Below are positions 20,419-29,255 of a DNA stretch of 64,000 nucleotides, one piece after another. Each line of letters opens with the position of its first letter. The stretch's first letter is position 1. The notes below the pieces were generated by a model. That model saw nothing but the letters and a program-made list of their open reading frames with translations. It was not told where the DNA came from and ran no database searches. Source of the DNA: Pirellulaceae bacterium (GTDB lineage Bacteria > Planctomycetota > Planctomycetia > Pirellulales > Pirellulaceae); the NCBI GenBank assembly GCA_963836865.1, contig CAWILC010000006.1, forward strand, positions 17,879 through 81,878. Direction: 5' to 3'. The position numbers and the translations under genes are program-made.

Positions 20419-23400
20419 TTACCGTGGTTTCGTCATCAGCAAACGATAGTTCCCGGCACCCAGGTAATCATCGATCCGTTCGCGAAGTTCCGGCGTGATG
20501 TCGACGCGAGACTTGTCGGCTCGCAGTTGCACCGTTTCGCCATCGGTCAACTGAATCGTAAACAATAACTCTTGCGTGCCGGGGTATCCGCGAATGATCT
20601 CTTTCAATCGCGTCACCGCGGCGGCGTCGTGTTGGGCCTCGTTCAAGCGAATTCGCATTCCATGCGTGTAACGCGATTCCAAATCACTGAACGGGATCAA
20701 TTCGTCGATGATCAAGTTGGCCTCATCCCCGCCGCCGCGGCGGTCGACCTTGCCTCGCGCCAGCACCACCGCATCGGGGATCACTCGGTCGCCCCAATCG
20801 GCGAACCCCTTTGGCCACAGGATGCAGCGGATCGCGCCGTTCATGTCTTCCAAGTCAAAGTTGGCGTACTTGGACGGCTGTCCCGGCTTGGGGCTTTTCG
20901 TGTGCGCGATCTTGACGGAACTGATCATGCCGCCCAGCACCACTTCGGCGCGATCTTTCACGCCGGTCAGCTTGTCGGTCATGTGAGTGCGGAAGGTGGC
21001 AAGCCGCTGCTCAAACTCGGCCAACGGATGACTGTCGATGTAGAAGCCCAGCACTTCCTTTTCGGCGATCAGTTTCTCACGATCCGGCCATTCATCCATT
21101 TCGGGCATCGGTGCCGGGGCGGCCTTCGCAGCATCATCTTCTTCGTCATCGAACGCTCCAAAAAGGCTCGCCTGCCCAGTTTTCTTATCTGCTTGAATCG
21201 CCGCGCCGGCTTGGACCGCGCGTTCGATCACCGCGGCAAGTTGGCTGCGTTTGGCATCGAAACAGTCCATCGCGCCGGCTTTGATCAGCGTCAGAATCGC
21301 GCTCTTGTTACAGTCCGATGGATCGACGCGTTCGCAGAAGTCGAAGATGTCCTTGTACGGACCATTGTTCAGTCGTTCCTGCTCGATCGAGATCCCCGTC
21401 GCGCCGCCGCAACCCTTGATCGCCGACATCGCAAAGAAGATGCGTTTACCTTCGACGGTGAAGTCCGCGCCGCTGGTATTGACGCTCGGCGGCACGACTT
21501 CGATCTGCATCCGTTCGCAGTCTTCCATGTGCTCGACCATCGCGTCTTTGCGAACAAAGTTCCGCCCCGAAATGTCCGACGACAAAAGAGCCGCCATGAA
21601 CTCGACCGGATAGTGCGCCTTCAAGTACGCCGTCTGATAGGCGACCAGCGCGTACGCCGTGCTGTGAGAGTTGTGGACGATCAATCCATTGGCAACAAAA
21701 TTATGATCCGTCTCCACGGTCAGGTCATACACGTCCTCCACACCTGCCGGTTCAATCGAAACGACGTCATCCCAAAACACATCGCTGCAAGCGTGCCGCG
21801 AAAGAACATCAGACTCGAAAAATTTTGCTAGACGATTGATCGTCGACCGTTGAAAGCCTCGTTTCGGACTTTCGCCGATGCGACATAATTCCTTCACCGA
21901 AACCCCACTTTCGCTTTCGAGGTCCCGCCACTTCAGACCGGCAGACACTCGCTCGTCCGCAACGAGCCGACGTATTTCGGTGGGAATCAAATCTCCCGTC
22001 GTCAATTGCGACCAAGAACCTAGCCGATCCACTGCCTCTCGGACCGCGACTTCTTTTCCAACGACATATGGACCCACCGATGACAAAAAAAGAATGCGAG
22101 ATTCGTGACCAACAAGATGGACGGTGAACCCGATGAACTCAGTTGCCGTGTCTTCATTGGGGCGTCGGAACACTTTTCGAGTAATTCGCGAAACGATGCC
22201 CAAGCGTTGAAGTAAGTATTGAACATCGGTCGCCAGTTGTTTGGATGACGTTGCGTAGTATGACTGCTGACCAGGTTTTTCCACGTAGCCATCGCCCGCC
22301 CACAACCGCCCAAGTAAAATGCAGGTTTGTCGAAAATTCAGATTTAGACCTTCAGCTGGAATTGATTTCTCCGTCGCTTTCTTTTGCGTTAGACAGAGCG
22401 TCTCTGCCCATCGAAAAGCGCCGCAGCGAACTCCGGCTATCTGTTTGGCGGCAACTGCGGTGCCCACGCCCGCATGATCGAGCATGTTCAACCGGGTGTC
22501 TTTTCCTGTCGACAAACAGACTTCAAATCGACCATCTGGCCGACGATCAACGCGAGCGACTGTGTCAGGAAACGACGACGCAACTGAGACGAAGTCGTTT
22601 ACTTGAACTTCATTGTTGGAATAGAAGTACAAGCATGTTGGGTGACAAAGATTCCCTTCGGATATCAGCCAACCCAAAGTTGCCACCTCAAAATCTTGCC
22701 ATGGCGTGTGTCGCGAACTCGTCAACTGACGGGCGACACCAATTTTTTCGCCGATCTTCAAGTCACCGATGTTTTTCCAACCGTCAAACACTTTCATCGG
22801 GTGGTTATCTGTGGCGACGATCGACCGTCCCGTTTTTGTCGTTACGCGGTAGGTCTGCCGCACTCCGTTCCAGACGACGTCTTTAACATTTCGGTGGACC
22901 AACTTTTGGTTTTCATCAAGTGCATGAACGACGAACGAACGTTTCGTTCGAAAGAGTCCCTCAACGGTCACTCGTTCGCCGGTTTCTGCATGGACGACGA
23001 TGGTGTCGCCAACAACGCATTTATTGAACCCGTAGCCCGCGAACTTGACGATCAGGTTCCAGATGTCGTCAGCGTCTTTTTCGGCCAAGCCGTTTTCGAC
23101 CGCGCCGACGATGAAGGCGTCGTGGTTTTGGTTGATCAGCGACTCTTTCTTTTTGCTGATCGCCTTGATGCAGGTGTACGCGTTTGCCAGCGGGATCTTG
23201 CCCAAGCGGTTCAAGATCCGCATGACTTGTTCCTGATAGACCATGATCGAATTGGTCTCTTCCAGAACTTCCTTCAGCACCGGGTGCTTGTACTCGGGCT
23301 GCTGACGCCCGTGCTTGATGTTGACGTAGTCGTCGACCATGCCGCCTTCAAGCGGTCCCGGTCGATAAAGCGCCGCGGTCGCAATGATGTCGTTGAACGT

Positions 23401-25335
23401 GTCGGGTTTCATTCGGCACAACAAGTCACGAATGCCGCCGGATTCCAACTGGAACACGCCCTTCGTTTCGCCTCGCTGCAGCAGCGCGTACGACGCTTTA
23501 TCGTCGAGCGGAAATTTCAGCGGGTCGACCGTCTTGCCGGTCGTCTGTTCGATCAACTTCACCGTCCGCGACAAGATCGTCAGGTTGCGAAGGCCCAAGA
23601 AGTCCATCTTTAGCAGACCCGACGCTTCGACGTCGTTCATCGACCACTGCGTGATGACGTCTTGCTTGCCCGGCACCCGCGTCAGCGGCACGTACTCGGA
23701 AAGCGGCTTGTCCGCGATCACGACCGCGGCGGCGTGCGTGCCGACGTTTCGCGCCAGACCTTCGATCTTCATCGCCAGGTCCAACAGCTCGCGGACTTCG
23801 GCGTCGGCGTTGTAAGTCATCTTCAAGTCCGCGCTCTTTTCGAGCGCCTTTTTGATCGTGATCTTCAGCTCGTCCGGCACCATCTCGGTGATCTGGTTGA
23901 CGCGGCCGAGTGGCACGCCGAGCGCGCGGCCGACGTCCTTGATGGCCGCCTTCGCCGCCAGCGTTCCGAACGTTCCGATTTGGCAAACCATGTCATTGCC
24001 GTATCGTTCTTTGACGTAGTCGATGACTTCGACGCGGCGTTCTTTTTCAAAGTCGATGTCGATATCTGGCGGCTCGGTGCGACTTTCGTCCAAAAATCGC
24101 TCGAACAACAAATCGTATCGCAGCGGGCAAACGTGCGACATGTAAAGCGCGTAACACACGATCGCGCCGACGCCGCTGCCCCGCGCGGTCGCGCTGATGC
24201 CGATCGATCGGGCGTGATTGACGAAGTCCCAGACGATCAAAAAGTAAGTCGGATAGCCGAGCTTTTCGATGACGTCGAGTTCGCGATCCAGCCGCGCCAT
24301 CACTTCATCGGAAAGCTTGCCGTCGACGATCCGTTCGTTATCGTCTTCGTACCGTTCCAGCAGCCCTTTGACGCAAAGCTGACGCAGGTAGTCCAGCGGC
24401 TTCAACTGGTCGGGACATTCAAAGTTGGGAAAATAATACTTGCCCAGTTCGATATCGATGTCGACCGAGTCGGCGATCTGCTGGCTACGCGCGCAAGCGT
24501 CTTCCAACCCAGAAAAACTTTCGTACATTTGATCGGGACTGCGCAAGAAGAACTGATCGTTCTCCATCTTCATCCGCGACGTGTCCGTTCGGAAACGTCC
24601 GGTGTTGATGCACAGCATGATGTCTTGGGCTTCGCTGTCCTCTTGATTGACGTAGTGACAATCGCTGGTCGCGACCAGGGGAATGCCCATTCGCTTGGAC
24701 ATCTCGACGGCCCCTTCCAACTGCAATCGTTGGATGTCCAGGCCGTTGTTCATGATTTCGATGAAGTACCGTTGGCCGAAAACTTTTTGGAACCAGCCGG
24801 CGACATCGCGAGCTTCCTTTTCGACCTCGGCGGTGTCGATGCCCTTCATCACGGCGCGGCTGAACTCGCTGCTGACGCAGCCCGACAAGCACACAATGCC
24901 CTCGTTGTACTTTTCCAGAATTTCCTTATCGATCCGCGGCTTGAAGTAAAATCCTTCCAGCGACGCGGCGCTGGCCAGTTTGATCAGGTTCTTGTAGCCG
25001 GTCCGGTTCTTGGCCAGCAGCGTCAAGTGATAGCTGGCGTCCTTGCTGCTGCTGGCACCGCCCTTGTCGAACCGCGATCCCGGCGCGATGTAGGCTTCGT
25101 AACCGATGATCGGATTGATCTGCGCGGCTTTCGCCTTGCGATAGAACTCCAGAGCCCCGTGCAAATTGCCGTGATCGGTCAACGCGAGCGCGTTCATGCC
25201 GTGATCGACCGCTCGATTGACCAACCGCCCGATGTCGCCGGCCCCGTCCAGCAGCGAATAGTGGCTGTGGCAATGCAGGTGAACGAACGGCTTAGCCGGC
25301 GGTTTGGTTGCCGTTTCGGTGACGATGTCGGTCAT
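20419..25335 (-). CDS. dnaE: DNA polymerase III alpha subunit containing an intein
   Basis: FVHLHCHSHYSLLDG PHP domain, RGSGVG, PDIDIDF, GLLKMDFLGL and YGFNK|...|SHSTAY motifs. Confidence 0.97.
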   Translation of the reverse strand: MTDIVTETATKPPAKPFVHLHCHSHYSLLDGAGDIGRLVNRAVDHGMNALALTDHGNLHGALEFYRKAKAAQINPIIGYEAYIAPGSRFDKGGASSSKDASYHLTLLAKNRTGYKNLIKLASAASLEGFYFKPRIDKEILEKYNEGIVCLSGCVSSEFSRAVMKGIDTAEVEKEARDVAGWFQKVFGQRYFIEIMNNGLDIQRLQLEGAVEMSKRMGIPLVATSDCHYVNQEDSEAQDIMLCINTGRFRTDTSRMKMENDQFFLRSPDQMYESFSGLEDACARSQQIADSVDIDIELGKYYFPNFECPDQLKPLDYLRQLCVKGLLERYEDDNERIVDGKLSDEVMARLDRELDVIEKLGYPTYFLIVWDFVNHARSIGISATARGSGVGAIVCYALYMSHVCPLRYDLLFERFLDESRTEPPDIDIDFEKERRVEVIDYVKERYGNDMVCQIGTFGTLAAKAAIKDVGRALGVPLGRVNQITEMVPDELKITIKKALEKSADLKMTYNADAEVRELLDLAMKIEGLARNVGTHAAAVVIADKPLSEYVPLTRVPGKQDVITQWSMNDVEASGLLKMDFLGLRNLTILSRTVKLIEQTTGKTVDPLKFPLDDKASYALLQRGETKGVFQLESGGIRDLLCRMKPDTFNDIIATAALYRPGPLEGGMVDDYVNIKHGRQQPEYKHPVLKEVLEETNSIMVYQEQVMRILNRLGKIPLANAYTCIKAISKKKESLINQNHDAFIVGAVENGLAEKDADDIWNLIVKFAGYGFNKCVVGDTIVVHAETGERVTVEGLFRTKRSFVVHALDENQKLVHRNVKDVVWNGVRQTYRVTTKTGRSIVATDNHPMKVFDGWKNIGDLKIGEKIGVARQLTSSRHTPWQDFEVATLGWLISEGNLCHPTCLYFYSNNEVQVNDFVSVASSFPDTVARVDRRPDGRFEVCLSTGKDTRLNMLDHAGVGTAVAAKQIAGVRCGAFRWAETLCLTQKKATEKSIPAEGLNLNFRQTCILLGRLWAGDGYVEKPGQQSYYATSSKQLATDVQYLLQRLGIVSRITRKVFRRPNEDTATEFIGFTVHLVGHESRILFLSSVGPYVVGKEVAVREAVDRLGSWSQLTTGDLIPTEIRRLVADERVSAGLKWRDLESESGVSVKELCRIGESPKRGFQRSTINRLAKFFESDVLSRHACSDVFWDDVVSIEPAGVEDVYDLTVETDHNFVANGLIVHNSHSTAYALVAYQTAYLKAHYPVEFMAALLSSDISGRNFVRKDAMVEHMEDCERMQIEVVPPSVNTSGADFTVEGKRIFFAMSAIKGCGGATGISIEQERLNNGPYKDIFDFCERVDPSDCNKSAILTLIKAGAMDCFDAKRSQLAAVIERAVQAGAAIQADKKTGQASLFGAFDDEEDDAAKAAPAPMPEMDEWPDREKLIAEKEVLGFYIDSHPLAEFEQRLATFRTHMTDKLTGVKDRAEVVLGGMISSVKIAHTKSPKPGQPSKYANFDLEDMNGAIRCILWPKGFADWGDRVIPDAVVLARGKVDRRGGGDEANLIIDELIPFSDLESRYTHGMRIRLNEAQHDAAAVTRLKEIIRGYPGTQELLFTIQLTDGETVQLRADKSRVDITPELRERIDDYLGAGNYRLLMTKPR
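21670..23019 (-). mobile_element. Intein (450 aa) with LAGLIDADG homing endonuclease in dnaE
   Basis: Starts CVVGDT after GFNK, has block B ATDNHP, LGWLISEG and LLGRLWAGDG motifs, ends VYDLTV..HNFVANGLIVHN before Ser+1; lower GC than its flanks. Confidence 0.95.
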
Positions 25336-25433
25336 CGGAACTTCCTTGTCGGGTGGTCACGGACGGGGGGCAAGGGAACGGCGAAAATGGCCGCCACACG
25401 CCATCGTTTTAGACTACCCCGGCAGCCCCGGCG

Positions 25434-25460
25434 ACCGGATCAAAATCATGCCGCGAACAT
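25434..25460 (+). repeat. 27-bp direct repeat, left copy
   Basis: ACCGGATCAAAATCATGCCGCGAACAT, identical at 29174-29200. Confidence 0.9.
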
Positions 25461-25568
25461 CGTTTTTTAGGACTCATCCGACGGGCCCTTTTCTGAAAGC
25501 TCATTGGACACTGGAAAGATGGCTCGACAACCTGCGTCCTGGATCTCAAGCACGCTTTCGACGGATGA

Positions 25569-26048
25569 GCCATCAATTTAGGCTACCGGCCGATATTTCA
25601 CCCATTTCGAGCTTCCGTGACGAGTGTTGATCAGATACTGAACGGCAACTCGGACGATTTTACAAAGCACAGCGTACTGAGAAAAACGATTTCCAAGGTG
25701 GCTGTCATGGGGGAGCTGACTTTTGTTTGGCGGGAGACTGGAGGCAGTCAAGCATCGACCAGACGCATCATCACCTTTGAAAAAGGTTGCCCGATTCAAT
25801 GTGACAGCTGGATTCACATTGAGTAAAAGACGGACAGAATCATGCCGCATGACTCTGTTTTCACCAGCTGGGAGACATTGAACGGATTAATGTTCCCCAC
25901 CAGAGTGAGTGGTGCAAAGCGGGGCAAGCATAATCCAGCTGAAATCGACTTCAAGCATCATTGGAGCAAGCCAGGGATGCTCGATAAAAACCTATTTTTA
26001 GTCGAGAGCCTCGGCAAACTGCCGGTTGATCTTTGTACTCTTCCTTGA
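25569..26048 (+). pseudogene. Decayed C-terminal remnant of the exported protein family also found at 26889 and 34937
   Basis: ORFs 25617 and 25842 are in the same frame, separated by TAA at 25824. WETLNGLMFPTRV...IDFKHHW resembles WTLINGIHLPAEI...VHFHW. Confidence 0.55.
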
Positions 26049-26124
26049 GCAGGCATGGCCTGACGCACGAAACAAACTTCAATGATGGAGCCATCAGAAG
26101 GGACGGAGGTTGTTTCAGCGAACC

Positions 26125-26775
26125 AAACGTCATTCCACTTTTCCCATCGGTCCCACTTTATCAAGATTCGTAACGGCGGCGGGAACGCTAATCTGCGCTG
26201 ATGGAACACTCATGGGGAAACCGGGTTTGCGAGTGAACCGACCAGTCAATTTTCCCATGATCGAACGCATCAAGATTAGTGTGCGATTAGTAAAGATCAG
26301 TGTTCCAAAACCTATTCAGAATTGTCAATATTTCATACGAATGACAGACCCGAGGAAACGCCGTTCCACTTTCCCCGTCGGTCCCACTTTCTCAGGCTTT
26401 GTGATGGCGGCGGGAACGCTAATCCTCGCTGATGGAACACTAATAAACAAACCGGGTTTGCAAGTGAACCGACCAGTCAACTTCCCATGATCGAGTGCAT
26501 CAAGATTAGTGTGTGATTAGCGGAGATCAGTGTTCCAAAACCTATCGAGAGCACCAAAGATTTCCTATTGGTCACGGATTCGTGGAAACGTCGTTTCACT
26601 TTCACTGGCTTTGTGATGGCGGCGGGAACGCTAATCCTCGCTGATGGAACACTAATAATGAAACCGAGGTCGCAAGTGAACCGACCAGTAAACTTCCCAT
26701 GATCGAGTGCATCAAGAATAGTGTGCGATTAGCGGAGATTTGTGTTCCACAACCTATCGAGAGCATCCAAGATCT
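26125..26775. repeat. Degenerate tandem repeat of 3 units (~231, 230 and ~190 bp)
   Basis: Units begin AAACG at 26125, 26356 and 26586 and share GGCGGCGGGAACGCTAATC, GTGAACCGACCAGT and GCATCAAGA blocks. Confidence 0.9.
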
Positions 26776-26888
26776 TGAGACGCTAGCCACTGGTACTGTT
26801 GAACAATTGTCAAGGATGCAACGCTTCTGTTCTGCTATGAACATTGGATCCAGCGCGGTGAAGGTGGAAGTCCCGCCTTTCGGTGCCT

Positions 26889-27890
26889 TCACTTTTGTTT
26901 GCCGAGCGGCGTTGGACAACGATCCAACTTTATCGACGACTGCAGCCCTTCTATATCATCCATCGATTGGTTTAACAATTCTTCAGCGATCGGCTGATTG
27001 ACTGAAAACCAATTGAACTTCACGTTGATCAATTTTTTGTATTCAATGACACGATCACCTTGTTTGAACGCGGAGGGGGTTTCGTGCCAAACCGTGTCTG
27101 GAAGCAGTAAGTCATTGTGCGTGATCCAGTCGTAGCTTTCCTCCCATTCGGTATATCGCAGCGGGTTTTTGCGAGCAACGTAGTCTGTGATCAACGCTTG
27201 CCGAACTGGGGCTAGAAGTTCCGGATTCCACGTCCACTCGGTGTACGTCAACGCTTGGTCCGGACGAGCCATTGGCATTTTGAAGATGAATTTCATATTG
27301 CCATCGGTACCCCTTAGCAAGGAACTTCCGGGGTAGCAGGCTTTTCGGACACTCGCCACCAATCTGCCGACTTCCGGTGATTGGGACCCGAAGCTGGTGA
27401 ACGCCAAATTTGAAAACGCCAAAAGGTTAAGTTCTCTTTCGGCGGCCAAGCTTTCCCAGTCCTCCACTGCAACTGGAGGTGACGCCGGATAGGGAAAGTA
27501 TCGAAACCGAGATTTGTTGTCCGCGAATATAACCGCGATCGACTGCACCCCTTTTCCTTCTTTCATTTCACCAGCAACCTTCACTGCACCCTTCTTAACT
27601 ATGGTTTCACCAAAGTACCAGTGCTTTCCGACTTTCCGATCAAAGCGATATCGGTGCAACGATAGCGTTTCCTCAAAGTCACCGAGGCCACTCACATCGT
27701 CCACGCGATCAGCGAATTCCTCGACGCGGATTAATACGTCGCCTTGCTGGATCGCAGCGATCTGTGAGGTAAAAGCGTCAATCGAACTGGACATGTACTC
27801 TTCCGCCACACTCGGCGAACAGCAGATTGTCGCGGTGACAAGAATTGATAGTTTGAACCCGAACTTGATACACGCTACTTGAGTCAACAT
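26889..27890 (-). CDS. Uncharacterised exported protein (paralog of 34937..35962)
   Basis: Signal-like N-terminus; C-terminal YDWITHNDLLLP...KFNWFSVN motif shared with the 34937 protein. Start uncertain (27890/27944). Confidence 0.7.
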   Translation of the reverse strand: MLTQVACIKFGFKLSILVTATICCSPSVAEEYMSSSIDAFTSQIAAIQQGDVLIRVEEFADRVDDVSGLGDFEETLSLHRYRFDRKVGKHWYFGETIVKKGAVKVAGEMKEGKGVQSIAVIFADNKSRFRYFPYPASPPVAVEDWESLAAERELNLLAFSNLAFTSFGSQSPEVGRLVASVRKACYPGSSLLRGTDGNMKFIFKMPMARPDQALTYTEWTWNPELLAPVRQALITDYVARKNPLRYTEWEESYDWITHNDLLLPDTVWHETPSAFKQGDRVIEYKKLINVKFNWFSVNQPIAEELLNQSMDDIEGLQSSIKLDRCPTPLGKQK

Positions 27891-27907
27891 TGCGAGAACT
27901 TCCAAAG

Positions 27908-28963
27908 CTAGTTCATGAATGAGATTTGGTTTTCGGTCTGCCAAGACTGGGTTGGGTTACGAATTTGGAATCGCAGCTTTGGAAGAGGCTCGGAGCTGCG
28001 TTCCGTATCTGGCTGCGGCGCAAATTTCGTGTTTGCTGGCATCGAAACGCTGACTGAATAGATGCCATTGCCCAAGTGTTTCGATTTGCATTCGATGGGC
28101 TTGTCGTCAATCGAGCAACCGATGACCGATTGCGGGCCACTGGCGTCGGTCAGACGCACCATCGCGCGGGCCGTGTAAGGTGTGGAGGGTTCTTGTTGCG
28201 TGAAGTACAAAACGGAGGGGCTGACTTTCACCGAACTTGCCGCACGAACGATCAAGTTCATCGCGGCCGCAGCGGGCGGAGAAACGGATGTCAGCGATAC
28301 CGTTCCGACGTATTCGGCGTTTTCACGCATCGCGTCCGGCGGAAGCGATCCCGTCAGCGAGAAACTTGAATTCCGCTTTTCAATTTTAAAATCAATATGC
28401 CCGAGCGATTCGCTGGCGTCGATGATCACGTCTTCGGCAACGATGGCAGGGGTGATAAGAAGGGGTACCGAGAAGGTTCGTTTTGTCGACTGGGGCTCGA
28501 ATTCAACAAATGAAACGGGGTTTGGAATGACCAGCAAGTCTTTCAATCGATACTTAAAACCCAACGAAAGCTGAGCTCGGCCCTTCAGCTCGAAATTGAC
28601 GGCGTAGAGAAGGTGGCTTATTAAACTTGTCGCCCGCGTCTCGATCCGGAAGTCGATGATCGTTTCGCATTTGGCCAGCAGGGTGAAGGTCTGCAAAGAC
28701 GGCTTCAGGCATCCGCAACCCCTGTCGAAGCCAAGCACTTCAAGCGTTTCGTCGAACGGATTGTACAATTTGACTCGAACGATCCCTGTTTTGTCTTTTG
28801 GGAGGTCGCCCAAGTCAACGTCCGCGCGGTATACAAGTCCAGCCTTGTCATAGATCGTCGCTTCAACCTCGACGAACGTCGGCAACTCCTCGCCGTAAGC
28901 GACCATTTGAAGCGAGAACGCAGAGAGCGTGCTCAATAGAAGAACCACCCATGCACGCTTCAT
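27908..28963 (-). CDS. DUF1573-like Ig-fold exported protein
   Basis: Signal peptide, VDLGDL...LYNP...GCGCLKP motif, then further beta-rich segments (VSPSVLYF). Confidence 0.7.
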   Translation of the reverse strand: MKRAWVVLLLSTLSAFSLQMVAYGEELPTFVEVEATIYDKAGLVYRADVDLGDLPKDKTGIVRVKLYNPFDETLEVLGFDRGCGCLKPSLQTFTLLAKCETIIDFRIETRATSLISHLLYAVNFELKGRAQLSLGFKYRLKDLLVIPNPVSFVEFEPQSTKRTFSVPLLITPAIVAEDVIIDASESLGHIDFKIEKRNSSFSLTGSLPPDAMRENAEYVGTVSLTSVSPPAAAAMNLIVRAASSVKVSPSVLYFTQQEPSTPYTARAMVRLTDASGPQSVIGCSIDDKPIECKSKHLGNGIYSVSVSMPANTKFAPQPDTERSSEPLPKLRFQIRNPTQSWQTENQISFMN

Positions 28964-29173
28964 CGTAAGTACCCTGACCGTTGGTCAACACGCACCAAGA
29001 AACACAACACCGGATCGCCAGCAACCTAGCCACAAGCAGCAAGTGACGCGAGATAGCACCTTGCTTCGGTTACTTCGGGGATGGTACCGGTTGCATCGAG
29101 CGAGTCAATGGTTTTTTTTAAAAAACAAAAGTCTTCCTGGCTGCCGCACTCTCTGCCGTTGGCTTCCAGGTCA

Positions 29174-29200
29174 ACCGGATCAAAATCATGCCGCGAACAT
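29174..29200 (+). repeat. 27-bp direct repeat, right copy
   Basis: Identical to 25434-25460. Confidence 0.9.
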
Positions 29201-29255
29201 GCTTTTTCATACAAGCAATGACCTGATCAGCGTTTTAGGCGGCCTCTTGATCGAC

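Noticed and set aside
23662-25470. Long plus-strand ORFs opposite dnaE (also those opposite fabF, mnmA and the oxidoreductase)
   Set aside because: High-GC antisense shadows of well-supported genes.
26125-26775. Possible CRISPR array or DGR template/variable repeats
   Set aside because: Unit is about 230 bp with no repeat-spacer layout, differences are not confined to adenines, and no reverse transcriptase is nearby.
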